Below are positions 12,560 through 24,051 of a stretch of DNA of 64,000 nucleotides, piece after piece. This DNA comes from Amphiscolops sp. MND2022 (lineage: Eukaryota): NCBI GenBank assembly GCA_964187785.1, contig OZ076409.1, positions 46,626,001-46,690,000 on the forward strand. The letters run 5' to 3'. Position numbers and translations under genes: made by a program. The notes beneath the pieces are model-generated. The model had not been told where the DNA came from and ran no database searches. It saw only the letters and a list, made by a program, of their open reading frames with translations. Position 1 is the stretch's first letter; each line of letters starts with the position of its first letter.

Positions 12560-12850
12560 CTATCTGGCATATTTTGTAGATCGGGCACTACTGGATGAGG
12601 GTTGTAATTCAGGTGCATGGAACGTAATTTCTTGGTACTGAGGCTTGTTCAGTGATACTGTTGAGTTGTTGTATCTTGAGGTAGATCCATTTGTACCCCC
12701 TACCCTGGTTGCTCCCACATCTACCCCCAAACCCAACCCCCCTAGCTCTCCCGTGGGAGCCTCACACTCGAATTTTCCCGCTTCTTCTATGAGGTCCAAG
12801 CCAAAATAGAGTTCCAGTTTGTGAGTAATTGCGGCAACGTCTGCCTGTTT
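12560..12850 (-). CDS. GABBR2: GABA-B receptor 2-like, terminal coding exon (second half of the coiled coil plus low-complexity tail)
   Basis: Acceptor atttcag|, phase 0, 97 codons KQADVAAITHKLELYFG...STKYAR* with TAG at 12560-12562. It continues the heptad pattern of the previous exon. Confidence 0.75.
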   Translation of the reverse strand, partial: KQADVAAITHKLELYFGLDLIEEAGKFECEAPTGELGGLGLGVDVGATRVGGTNGSTSRYNNSTVSLNKPQYQEITFHAPELQPSSSSARSTKYAR

Positions 12851-13223
12851 CTGAAATTCGCAAAATAGTTTTTTTGTAACACAACGCTCTAAAAATAAGG
12901 CGTTTACGTTTTGATACATTTTTGAAGCTACGTGATAGTTTTGATTGAATAAGATTTCTAAAGGTACAGTTTTCAGTTTTTAAATTGAAAAGTTGTTGCA
13001 AAAATATATTTGAAAATATGATTGATTATATTATTTTACAAAATACCAAGTTTTTTTATTGCATCGATTATCTATTTATTTCAATGCATTGACAAATTTG
13101 TTACATTCTGCCTTCTTTTTAGTCAGCACTTCAAGTTAAGAACTAAATTGCTCGATTATTACAGATATATTTTTTTCAAAAACAGACACGATTGGCTAAT
13201 AAATGGATATGACCCCCGGTCCA

Positions 13224-13430
13224 GTTGACCTTGTTCAGTTTTTCCAGTCATGCCAGTTGGCCTTGTGCTTACACTGTTAGCTTCAAAGCAAGATAACGGG
13301 GTTCGGTTCCAGCTTGACTCCATTTTTTACAATTTCCACAAGCTGGAATCGAAACCCGTCTTCTTGCTTTGAAGCTAACAGTGTAAACACAAGGCCAACT
13401 GGCATGACTGGCAAAACTGGACAAGTCAAC
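13224..13430. repeat. Long near-perfect inverted repeat (~90-bp arms, ~20-nt loop), probably a palindromic MITE
   Basis: gttgaccttg..ccagtcatgccagttggccttgtg.ttacactgttagcttcaaagcaaga.. pairs with ..tcttgctttgaagctaacagtgtaaacacaaggccaactggcatgactgg..caagtcaac. Confidence 0.9.
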
Positions 13431-13783
13431 AGTACTGAGCGACTTTAGAGTTTTTCTCATTTCAGCGCTGACTTTGAGTGGTTCACTTTTTCACTTCAGT
13501 CACCCATAGAACAAACTAAGTCATAAGTGGTTCAGGAAACCAATGAAAAGTGAGTTTTTTTCCAAGGAAATGAACATTGTTGTGAATGAACTTTCCGAAT
13601 CATTCTCACTTTTCAGTTTTGAGAGAAAAAAATCTGACAAAGCTAGCTAGAAAACCATCAACTAGCAGCTCCTGTTGACCCATGAAATCAGCTTTATGCA
13701 ATCCTTGATATCAGCGGACTTGTTTCTTGGATCCATATATGGATGTAAGAAACGAGTTCAGATTATATACATTCAGACGGTAC

Positions 13784-13943
13784 CTGATGAAGGCTTTCTC
13801 TGTTTTTGGCGATCTCTAGTTTGATTGCGTCACTGCTCATCTTGGCAGCGGTGACCGCGTCTGCACTGAGTGAAGAAGATGGGATCAGACTCGAATCCTT
13901 TTCATTGTCACTCGGGGTGCAGTTCTGCTGATTGGATAGCGTC
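13784..13943 (-). CDS. GABBR2: GABA-B receptor 2-like exon (C-tail, start of the coiled coil)
   Basis: Splice sites tttttggtgcag| ... cag|gtaccg. Length is 160 nt, entering in phase 2 and leaving in phase 0. Encodes TLSNQQNC...MSSDAIKLEIAKNRESLHQ, and the phases fit both neighbouring exons. Confidence 0.8.
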
Positions 13944-14189
13944 CTGCACCAAAAAACATTTCAGGTCAGAGTTCGAAGGTATACTAAATATTTAGCACAA
14001 ATATCTAGCATTGACAAAAAAACTAAATTTTTCAACTACTGGACATTGAAATAAATCCGTCTGCCATTTTGTGTTGTTAGGATAAAACGTTCGACAGAAT
14101 GAACATTAGAGCGGTGTTGGGTTTCGGCAATTTCATGCAATGAATGTTTCCGCAATACAAGCCAAAAAAATTCGTTACCGATGAACTTT

Positions 14190-14492
14190 AACAAGACGCC
14201 CGCTAAACACCGGGATATTTTTTGCCTTGTCAAAAAAATCGCGCAGGCGAGATTCGAACCAAGTAAATTAAAATAGAACCAAGATAAACAAGTAACTAAA
14301 ATAGGGAACTACCATCCGGGCCATATTAAATTCAAAGATAGTCAAGTAACTAAAATAGTCAAGTAACTATAAAATAGTCAACTAAGTGAAGTGGATGGAG
14401 AAACTGGCAGAAAAGAGGAGGATATTCGGCAGAATTTGTAAGAAAAACAGATTATGATTATCCACCCCCCATATATGTGGGCGGAAAATAAC
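14190..14492 (-). mobile_element. HINE-like element, family 2 (short copy; homologue at 41388-41697)
   Basis: On the + strand it begins aacaagacgcccgctaaacaccgggatatttt and ends ccaccccc-atatatgt-gggcggaaaata. It has ggcggaaaata-type subTIRs and internal 17-bp repeats (caagtaactaaaatagt). Confidence 0.65.
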
Positions 14493-14684
14493 AATTTTAT
14501 TCTAAGCAACTTGATCAAAAAAGCATTTGAACAATGTCTTATACAATGTAAATGGTTGTAAGCCCGCCCGCTTTTTCGAAAGAAATTGCCGGAAGGCAAG
14601 TTTTGAAAACGCCGTGGGAGATTCAAATTTGCATGAATACTGTGAGTGGAAGTCGACCGAAAGAAAGAGGAAGCTCGTACTGAC

Positions 14685-14914
14685 CGGCATGCCTTCTTGG
14701 GGGTGGGGTGCAGAGAGTTAGTGTTGACAACATTGGGTGGCAAGTCATTGCTTAACTTCACCGTCTGCTTGGAGACTTTTGAAATCTGAGAACTTTTGGG
14801 CACGTTGACAGTGCCAGTTTTCTGGGTGGGAGAGAACGCTTTGGGCAATTTGGTTGTAGTGGCCACACTAAACCTCTGGCGCTGGTTAACGTCAACCTTC
14901 TTGAATTGTACAAG
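14685..14914 (-). CDS. GABBR2: GABA-B receptor 2-like exon immediately after TM7
   Basis: Reads ttttcag|LVQFKKVDVNQRQRFSVATT...PKKAC(R)|gtcagt, 230 nt, phase 0 in and phase 2 out. The start resembles the GABBR2 post-TM7 segment (L.....NP....Q.RRF). Confidence 0.8.
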
Positions 14915-15058
14915 CTGAAAAACGTTTTGATGAGTACTGAAAGTAGAAATACATTTGATGTGTGTATTATTACAACTAACACAATATTCAACTCAAACAC
15001 TTTTTGCGATCTTGTCTAAAACCTCACACCGTTCACTCACTCAAAAACAATTTTGATT

Positions 15059-15294
15059 CAGTCGCGATTTTTTGAATGTGTATACATTGCATAAATTCTA
15101 GAAAAACTTGATCGAAAATTTCATATCCAGGCGTCTGTCCACAACTTCGTATGAACGTTTATTAATAAATTAATAAAACATGAACCAGATTAATTTATTC
15201 ATCAATTTTCTGTATACTTCCATTTAAGATTCTGAAAATTTATCGTTTATAAATCACGTATTTAAACCTGTACACATTCAAAAAATTACGAGTG
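15059..15294. mobile_element. Small MITE
   Basis: TIRs are cagtcgcgattttttgaatgtgta and (rc) cactcgtaattttttgaatgtgta. TA flanks the right end. Confidence 0.6.
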
Positions 15295-17764
15295 TATTTC
15301 GGTTATTTGTTGGTACTCTGACAGATCCAACACCTAAATCCAGAGTTCTAAATTCTCCTTAAAAACGATTATTAGTGTAATTGGGCTATTTCAATTTGAA
15401 ATAATAAGTATCTGATGCATCATTTTAAAACGAGACTCATGAAAACAGATACAAAGGAGTTGGGAAAGTTGCTGAAATCGTTTCATCTACTTTATATCAT
15501 CGTTCCAAATAAAGTTCGATAAAGTGTGAAATTTTCCAATTGATGTTCATTTCTATGCAACTCATAAATCACGTATATCTATTGGTCCAATGATAATCGT
15601 TTGACAGAGGATGAATTGGAAGAAAAAGAACATGTCCCAGAAATTGACAGTACCATGGTAAGCAGCAAGAAAGAAAATTCGGAAGACGAAATGAATTTAA
15701 AGCGGATTTAACAATTATAAGCATAGGAAAGACTTGATAGCAGGAAAAGCAACAGGTTTAGGTGTGATGAAAAATGAGAATGAAAGCCGCCAACTAAAAT
15801 TCCAATAAAAAATTTTTAGGGACTAGAGTAGTTTTTGGTGCCTAAAAAGCAAATATTGTAATCCAAAGATCGAGTTAGCTCAGAACAATGCGTAGATTCT
15901 GTGTTTTAGATATCCAATGTCGGAATAATTCCGGGGTTTCAAAGAATCGATCGAGGTTAGATTGATTTCTAGCATAATGATTTTTTTTGCGTATTTGAAA
16001 TTCTTAGTGAGTTTGAAGGATTTTTTCTGGGTTTTTTTATATTCACTGATCACTAAAAATGTCAAGGGCATCTGAGAACTGTTGAAGTTGTAATATTGAC
16101 AGGATCCGCTTTCCGTCTTTTAGAGTCAGTCAGGATTTTTGGATGAGAAATCGTGTTTGTAGAGAATCTTAATCAGTGTAAGATCGTTTTTGAAAAGATG
16201 TTAAGTTTCGATTTGCACAACAGTACTCGAAACTTATGAGAGGAATCAATATTTTGGTTTTAAAGTTTTGAAGGGAAATAGAAATTTTTTCAAACTTGTC
16301 TCAAAAAGCATAGTTCACATTTTGTTGAAGGGCGCAAATTTTGAAACGGTTGTGGAAGATGTGTTCGTATGTATGAATGTATGCGTTTTATGCGTTTCAA
16401 CCATGAATGTATTCGCCAACGATGTTGATTCCCCTTTAAAAGTTAATTTCAAATTTTGCTTCCAAATTTAGAAAGATTTCATTTTTCTTATGTAAAAAAT
16501 GAAAAAACTTAGTTTCGGCAGAAATCTTTCCTCCTAAAATTTTCTGCACGGAAATAATCTTAGCTCAAGATGGAGTTACACTCGACAGTGGCTCAGTTGC
16601 ATATACTCATAAACACCCAGGAATGCAATCTAGTCCATGCCGAACTTTTTTTGTAGTTCCTTTTTAAACATAATTTTCAAAGTGGCTTTAGACCTGTTTT
16701 CTACTTCTGCAAAAAAATGTTTTCGGACTGCTCGGAGATTTTCAGCTACACTTGAGCAATCAATCGAAAGTTTGGAAATTAATTCAACACAATAACTTCA
16801 TTATCAGGAGTCAATTATTTCTCAATTTAACACAGAGTCAATTAATGATATAGCGATTGAAGAAGTGAACTGAAGCATTTTGTACATCTGATCTGCTCTG
16901 TGAGAAAATCAAAATGCATGTTGTCAGTTTCTACACAGGCTAAAACAATCTCCAGTTGTTCATATAGATCTTGTGGATAAAGTTTCGTTGTAAAATTGAT
17001 ATTTACCGAATGTCACCTTAGACCAATACAAGCCTAAATACTAACATTCAGCACAGAAGGTTTCTTCACAGTCACAAACAAGCATTCAACACACTACTTA
17101 GGAAACATATTTTAGTACTACGTTTAGTTACTACTTCTAGTAACATATTTATATTTGCTTTTACTTCAGCTTCTGCAGTTAATGTTGCAGCAACAATAGG
17201 TTATTTCGTTGCCAGCTCACTCACTCGGACATCACCTTAGGTTTCACATAACTACACTAGTACTTTTCATTTGCCAATGTTAACAACTCAATCGTTATCA
17301 CCAAAAGCAATCGAATCAAAAACACAGTCTGACTTTTATTATAGTTTCAATTTGAAATGTTGTTACCATACACATTCCGATAGAATGGACATAAGTCACG
17401 CAACGTAATCTGTTCAATTAGTGAAATAGTCATTCATCCTAAATCAGTCAAGTCGGTCTACTTCTGGAAGTTGTAGCTGTGCCAACGAGTGGAGTGTAAT
17501 GGAAAATAGTGTAAATAGGTTTTTCGTGCGGAATTTCAATTGCGTTCAGTTTGCTTCAGTGACGCTACGGATTTTCACTTCTTCCCGTTCCCATGTACGT
17601 ACAAAGCATTTTATAATTTCCATTACATCCTTTACAACGAATAACGCCGTTCTCTTCCTTCGTTTTGTCGACTCACTACTCTATGCACACGCCACAACAT
17701 TGTTCTATTCTTCCAACTCAACGACCTGAAAATTGAAAGTTGAATTTTCTTGAACATAATTATA

Positions 17765-20700
17765 CAATCATAGTATTGATAGTATTTTAACGTTTAAAAT
17801 GAAAATGTTCAAGAAAGACAGAAAATGAGCCTAATCAGCTCTTCAAGTTTCTGCCCTTAATTATAGGACCAAGATAGGTTTTTCGCTTTCGTTAATTGTG
17901 TTCGGATGAACATTTGAAGACGTCTTCCTATTGTAAAAAATACGACACGATATCTCTACTTTCAGTTGTATACAACCGTGTTAGGTTCTTCAGATATGAT
18001 GTTCTTCATCAAATCCTATTCAATTAACCAATTATAGATCTTGATTAATACATTTTCCGCCGATTTATATTTAGTTCTTGTTCGGTTCATAGATACTGGT
18101 GGAAAACCTTTTTTCCATCGACGAGTTTCATATCTGGGAGTGCTTTTTGACTGTCCTAACCTTATAATAAGATTCGCCTTTTCACCTGAGCGTAGTTGAC
18201 TAAAAATTTCACGAAAAGCATCCACAATGAACAACTCAAAATATGTATTAACGTCAGCGCACGAAGTATAAACAAGACGGGATCGTCTCAAGTCGGCGCC
18301 ATATCTAAGGCTCAAAAATATTCCAAGAACAACTATTGGAAAAATTTGGAAAAAATATTTTAAAAAAAATTTTGAAATTTTTTTTTCGAAAACAAGTATT
18401 TTTTTCAGAAAGTCGCACAATGCCGAAAAACTCAAAAAGAGGCCATTCAGGCTGGCTCATTAAACGTTTTTACAAACCGAAAACTTCAAAAAAATGCAAG
18501 GGGTTACCCTTTGATAGAATCCGATAATTTTCGAAAAAAAAGTCACATAGTGCCAAAAAACCCAAAGGGGGGACCCTTTGGTCTCACCTGCTGTACTTTT
18601 GGAAGCAAAAAACCATTATGGTTTAGTGCGAGAATCGAACCCCCGCTCTCCGGCTTCAGAAATTTAGTCGAAGATGAACAACAGAACAGATGAACAAATT
18701 GTGAAAAGTGGACCATTCAGAGTGAGATTGTAGGCTGAAAAAGAAAAAAAAACTACCCACTGTAATAGTCGGGCGTTTTTCCTTAAGGGAAAAGGCGCCG
18801 ACGAAAAATAGCTCTAATAGTTCTTCCTTGTGCGCTTTCAATATTTTGCAAGCTTCTTTTTGCCGCTCTTCCATAAACTATCAGACCGTAAGTAATTATA
18901 GATTTAGCATATGAATTGTTAAACAATAGCAAAGCCTTTATTGGATACAAGTCTCTAACTCTGTAAATCAATCCACAAAAGTTATTGAGTTTATTCACTA
19001 CATGATTAAGATCGTCCCGAAAAATTAACTCTGGGTCAATGTACAATCCCAGGTATTTACAGCAGTTTTTTTTTCAGAAATCTTTTTCCCTGATAGCTAA
19101 CTGTTTTTGATACCTACGACCAAAGGACATACCTTCACATTTAGATGTGTTATTGACATATTGTTGTAATTGAACCAATCCGTACGTATTTCCAATTCAT
19201 TTTGCATACTGCAGTCAATAAAATTTCCAGCTTTAACAATCGACGTATCATCAGCAAAAGTTGCTACTTCACGTTTTTGGCACATATCTTGCAGATCATT
19301 TATATATACAAGAAAACGAAGGGGACCCAGAATAGAACTCTGGAGAAGTCCAGTTCGAAACTCTCTCGAAGGACTAATTCTTTTCTAATTGACACATATT
19401 GAAACCTCTCAGATGGATAATCAGCTAATATTTTGTGGATTGGTCCTCTATAACCATAGTTTTTCAGCTTTTCCAAGAGTATTTCTTGATTCAGCGAACC
19501 AAACGCATTTGTAAACCAATGAAACATACTTGTCCGGAAAATTTTCGGTCTCATTCTTCACGTATTTATTCAGTAACTTTAGTAATGGCTTGTGCACAGG
19601 GTTTTTAAATCTAAAACCATATTGTTTTGTAGTGAATAGACCATTCTTATTGAAAAAAACTAACCATTCGATTGTATCATAATTTTTTGAACACCTTGTT
19701 CAGAGAGCTTAGTAAACTGATAGTCGATAGTTGCCTGGATCACTGGCATTACATTTTGTAGAGGGGTATAACTTTGGCTGTTTTCAAACTATTCGTGAAA
19801 AACTTTTTTTCAATGCAGTTATTGAAGCAATTTGTTAGAAAGTTTTCAATTACCGGTGAACAACATTTAAGAATTTCGTTACTGATGCCATCGTGACCGC
19901 TGCTTTTTTCTATTTTGCTAGAATTTTTGTATTACTTGTTGGGTTGTATTATTTAAGACCATAGTTTTCTCGAATGTGGGAACAAAAGCTTCTTTGAAAG
20001 GAGCAGCCGAGTCTGCAAAATTCGATCCAATTGTTGTAAAAATTTCGTTGAGAGTTTTCAAATCTGGAGTAACTTCAGCGATTTGATCTTTTCTTTTATG
20101 GCTCTTCAGATTTCGGTTAAGTGTCTTTGGGTTTGGATTATTTCCGATATTTTTTGAATTGCTTTCTCGTTTAGCTTTCTTGATCATTGCAGTATCCTCG
20201 TTTCTCTGATTTCTATACTTTTCTTTATTGTCATCAGTTGATGAAATTGTCCATTCACGAAATAATTTGTTTCTCTTAGTACTTTCATGATTTATTTTAT
20301 TATTGATCCATTCATCGCATTTTTCAGTTTTGGTGATTTCTTTATCAGATGCAACTTTGTCCACGCAGAACATGATAATTTTTTCCGTAATTTTTTAAAT
20401 AATAAGTTTATCCGATTGATTGAGTTTTTAAAACTTTTTGGTCCAGTAAAAACAGAAAATTTAGCGCTTTGTCACCTTTGATACTACGCAAGTCCCGTCT
20501 GTAAGTTTTTTCTTCTGAATTTACGAGTTCGTTAACAATCACGTATTGTTCCCAAAACTGTGAAATGATCACTCATTGTTGTTTGGATAGTATCAGTCTT
20601 AACTTTATAACTTGTAACCACATGATCAAGGCATGTTGAAGATGGCGGGGTTACTCTGGTTGGTTCGAAATTTTGACATTTGAAATCAAAGGCTAGTAGC

Positions 20701-22270
20701 AATGTTACGTAATCTTTTTTCTCCTTGGAGTTTGCGATAGTATCAATGTTGAAATCTCTGCAAATAATGGTATCATTACTCAAACTTCGTAAGAATTCTA
20801 GTAGTTTTTCTTTTTGGTTTAAGAAAAATCTCATTTTGATGCTGTGATGTCTGTATACGACGCAAAAGTTTTTTGTTTTATTGTTACCAAAATTAACACT
20901 CCAAACTAGGCAGTCTAAGTCACAATGGTATTCAATGATTCGGTACTGTAAGCATTCTCTGATGTAAAAGGCAACACCATCACGTGTGTCTCTATTGCGT
21001 GGTTTTGATTCAATAGGTTGATAGTGTTTCAACTCATATCCCTCATCTAGGTTGTCATTTTTAGTTAGTCATGTTTCGGTTAAGGCTACTAGTTTAGGTT
21101 TATTTTTGTATGTTTCCAATTCAATTTTCAGTTCGTCTCGATGACATTTTAACGACTAAAAGTTCAAGCATATAAGAAAGGGTACATTTTTGTGGATAGT
21201 TTTGCCCTCTCTTGGTTCTTTCTACTCATGAGGATTTCAATTTGAAAAACTTCAGTTTGTTCTGCCTGAGTAATGTTGCTCTTGCTTTGGGTATCAGTTG
21301 GTTCTGCCAGAACAATGTTGCTCCTGCTTTGGGTATCAGATTGAATAACTTGTTACGTTCCGTTTGCCAGCTCATTCATCGGTGGTGTAGTTAAATTATT
21401 AATTTTCTTGGTCACTGGAGTCTCTTCATTAGTATCACTTTCTCCTTGCATTGGTTCATCGTTAATGGAAAATTGAACTTTGGGTCGTTTTTTTATTGAG
21501 CTTCCAGCCAATTGTTCCACTGTCTTTACAGATTTCATCTCTTGAGAATAAAACCCTCCATCGGGGTTTTTTGAATAACATCGGGGTGCAGAATTATTTG
21601 TTGTTGTAACAAGCCCCAGTACCTTGCATTTTTGCTTTATATCTAGATCACTTTCCGATAGACGTTCACTGACATAAAGAGTTTTTCCAAGATTTCTGCA
21701 ACCTGCAAGTTGTTTCCGCCTGTTGAAAATTTCATCTTTGTCTGCAAAGTAGATGAATTTGTTGATAATTGGAACATTCTTACAGTGTTTTGTAGGAAAT
21801 ACATGGCATGCTTTGAAGTCCGTTGGCTCCTATGAATATTTAAAGTACCTTTTTATTGCCTCGCACATATATTCTGATGAATTGGGAGAACTGATGTTGA
21901 TAGGGAAATCGTAAAAAATCAAGCAATCTTTACTAGAATAAGGTTCTTGTAATTGCACTCTTTTTTTAATATCCGTAACTTCTATTTCAAGTTCAATAAT
22001 TTTTTGATTTTGATCCTTAATCGTTTTATCAAAAGATGAAAGCTTTTGAGAAAGTAAAAGTAAAACTCGGGAAATAATAGGATCAAAATTGGATAACAAT
22101 TCCGGAGATATTTCAGTCGAATCAGTCATTTCAGCCATGAATTGCTTGTGGAAATTGTTGAAAATTTGGCGATGTAATGAAAGAAGTGAATTTGAGCAAG
22201 CTAAGATTACGTAACAACCGACTTTTCTTTAGCACTGCATTCGTTTTTTGTTTTTGTTCTGTCCTTTATA
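17765..22270 (-). mobile_element. Near-full-length decayed non-LTR retrotransposon (CR1/L2-group LINE), interrupted by a HINE at 18270-18808
   Basis: ORF1 remnant starts at 22138 (coiled coil followed by QEPYSSKDCLIF). APE endonuclease motifs: DGVAFYI, CRDFNID, TRVT..STCLDH, SDH (20532-21032). RT motifs: AFGSLNQEILLEKL..YG, FADDT, GIVHIDPEL-like. The ORF2 C-terminus resumes at 18016-18260. A short-repeat 3' tail (aatactatcaatactat) lies near 17770. Confidence 0.9.
18270..18808 (-). mobile_element. HINE/DINE-1-like non-autonomous Helentron, family 1 (reference copy)
   Basis: On the minus strand the 5' end is ttttt-cgtcggcgcc, with an adjacent partial inverted repeat (cgcccgact). The 3' end is ggcgccgact + agacg-atcc-cgtct stem-loop + tgttt. 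It sits in a T-run of the LINE with no TSD and has internal gtcgcacaatgccgaaaaa..gggggaccctttgg repeats. Confidence 0.75.
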
Positions 22271-22381
22271 GATCGTTTCAAAAAGTTCGCGAGACTAGGT
22301 ACCAGTCTTTTAGCAAGCGATGGTATCGCATCAACTTGTGCAACGACGCGAGGCAAACGCGCATCTGACACCCTTGCAAAA

Positions 22382-22550
22382 TTGATATACCATTTTAAAG
22401 ATGCAAACCCGCATTATGCGAATTCAGCAATTGCTCGGATTTTCTCGATTTCCGAGTCAACACTTAGAGGAACCCTGAAGCGAGGTATTAGGTCTGACAG
22501 AGAAAAAATCAAATTGTGTCGAAAATCTGTACTCGCAAAACGAATCAAGC
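22382..22550 (+). pseudogene. Possible pogo/CENP-B-type helix-turn-helix (transposase N-terminus) remnant
   Basis: NSAIARIFSISESTLRGTLKR resembles HTH_psq/CENP-B N-terminal motifs. No catalytic domain follows. Confidence 0.4.
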
Positions 22551-23250
22551 TTCAGATGGGCATCGATGAGGTTTTTCTAATGATGATGCCATCGATGGGT
22601 CATCGATGGACCATCGATGACCCATCGATGGGAATCGAAATTTTCGGTCAAAAAATTCGTTCGACTCGGCCATGTTCAAAATTTCAACAAAACTTTGGCA
22701 TTTTAAGTTTTTCATTCAGTCAACTTTAACTTTGTTTGTGATTTCGAGGGTGCCCAAATATTTTATTCGGAAATGAAGTTATTCATAGTTATCCATATTA
22801 TTTACCTTTGTGAAAAACCGGATTCTGTTGATTTTCCAAGGAAAAACCCCCAAATTTTTGATACAAAAACCTATTTTAAGAGTCAAATTTCTGCATATTT
22901 CAGATCTTTTTTCTTCTTACAAGCAGATGTTTTTTTCTCAGCAATGGAAGCTCGATTTCGTCGCATTTTCATGCGAATAATTGCAATTTTGCCAGGTTTT
23001 TCACATTTTTTTTCAAACATTTCAGGGACGAGGCTCCGAAATAAGTAGGCTTACTCAGGCTCGAGAAAGCTTACCCAGACTCAAAAGGAAATGAGAGTAG
23101 GTTAAAATTAGATATATTTAACCCTAAAATGCTCCACAAGTGCCCCCATGCGCTGGGCGATAATTCAAATCCCATCGATGGGCCATCGATGCCCATCGGA
23201 AAAAATTGCGATGGCCATCGATGGGATTGAATGGAGTCTCAGTACGGGTA
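22550..23250. mobile_element. Non-autonomous DNA element with clustered ccatcgatgg palindromic subterminal repeats at both ends
   Basis: Multiple catcgatg copies occur at 22555-22632 and 23171-23225 around an AT-rich core. Exact termini and TSD are not resolved. Confidence 0.55.
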
Positions 23251-23378
23251 CGAACTCAATATTCCAAATCTTTAGTTTTTCAAATCTATAGTCCAACAGA
23301 TAAGATTATTCAGACCAATTGATGACGTCATTAGCAAATTAATTAGTTCTAGTATCGCGAACATTTTGAAACGATCTA

Positions 23379-24051
23379 CAGTGGTGTGAAGAAAGAATGC
23401 GACTTAGCTGCTCAAAGGCTAATTTTGCAGTCTCATATCTCCAAAACTATTCGAAATGGTTCAATTTTGCAAAAACAAAAGTTTCGTGAATTTTTGCTAT
23501 GAATACAATGGTTTTTGTTTGAAATTTCAACCATCATTGTTTCCGAAGTTAGAAGAATGTGATTTTAGGAGGAAAATAATTAAAATTGCTAATTTTTGAG
23601 AAAATATCGGTGATCCAATGAATTTTTTTATATAAATTTTGCCTTGCAGATACACTCAAATCTCTCGAAAACGAAGATGAAATTTGATTTTGGATATATT
23701 TGGAAAATGTATACTGGTGGGAGTTTTACCAAGTGTAAGTCTCAAATTCCTATCTTAATACACGTATTTCAAATTTTACTGAACGAAAAAGTGCTCCCAT
23801 TTTCGTTTTCTTGATGATTTCCACAAACAAAAACTATCATGGGATTGAGAAAATCAGAGAAATTTTCTGGTATAATTGTCATGTAAAAATTATCCCCGAA
23901 AGACGGTAAAATATTGAAAATACTGATTTTTGCGAGCGATCGAGGCTCGTTAAACCAATGATATTTGAGCAGCGAGGCTTTGTGAACCAATCAGATTACA
24001 GAATTCTTTGCATTCTGAGCAACTAAGTCGCATTCTTTCTTCACACCACTG
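23379..24051. mobile_element. Tc1/mariner-type MITE
   Basis: 36-bp TIR cagtggtgtgaagaaagaatgcgacttag(c/t)tgctca with one mismatch. TA flanks both sides (23377-78 and 24052-53). Confidence 0.92.

Noticed and set aside
14378..14684. 3' part of the 162-aa ORF 14378..14866
   Set aside because: It lies past the gtcagt donor at 14684 and runs into a HINE copy, so it is intronic read-through.
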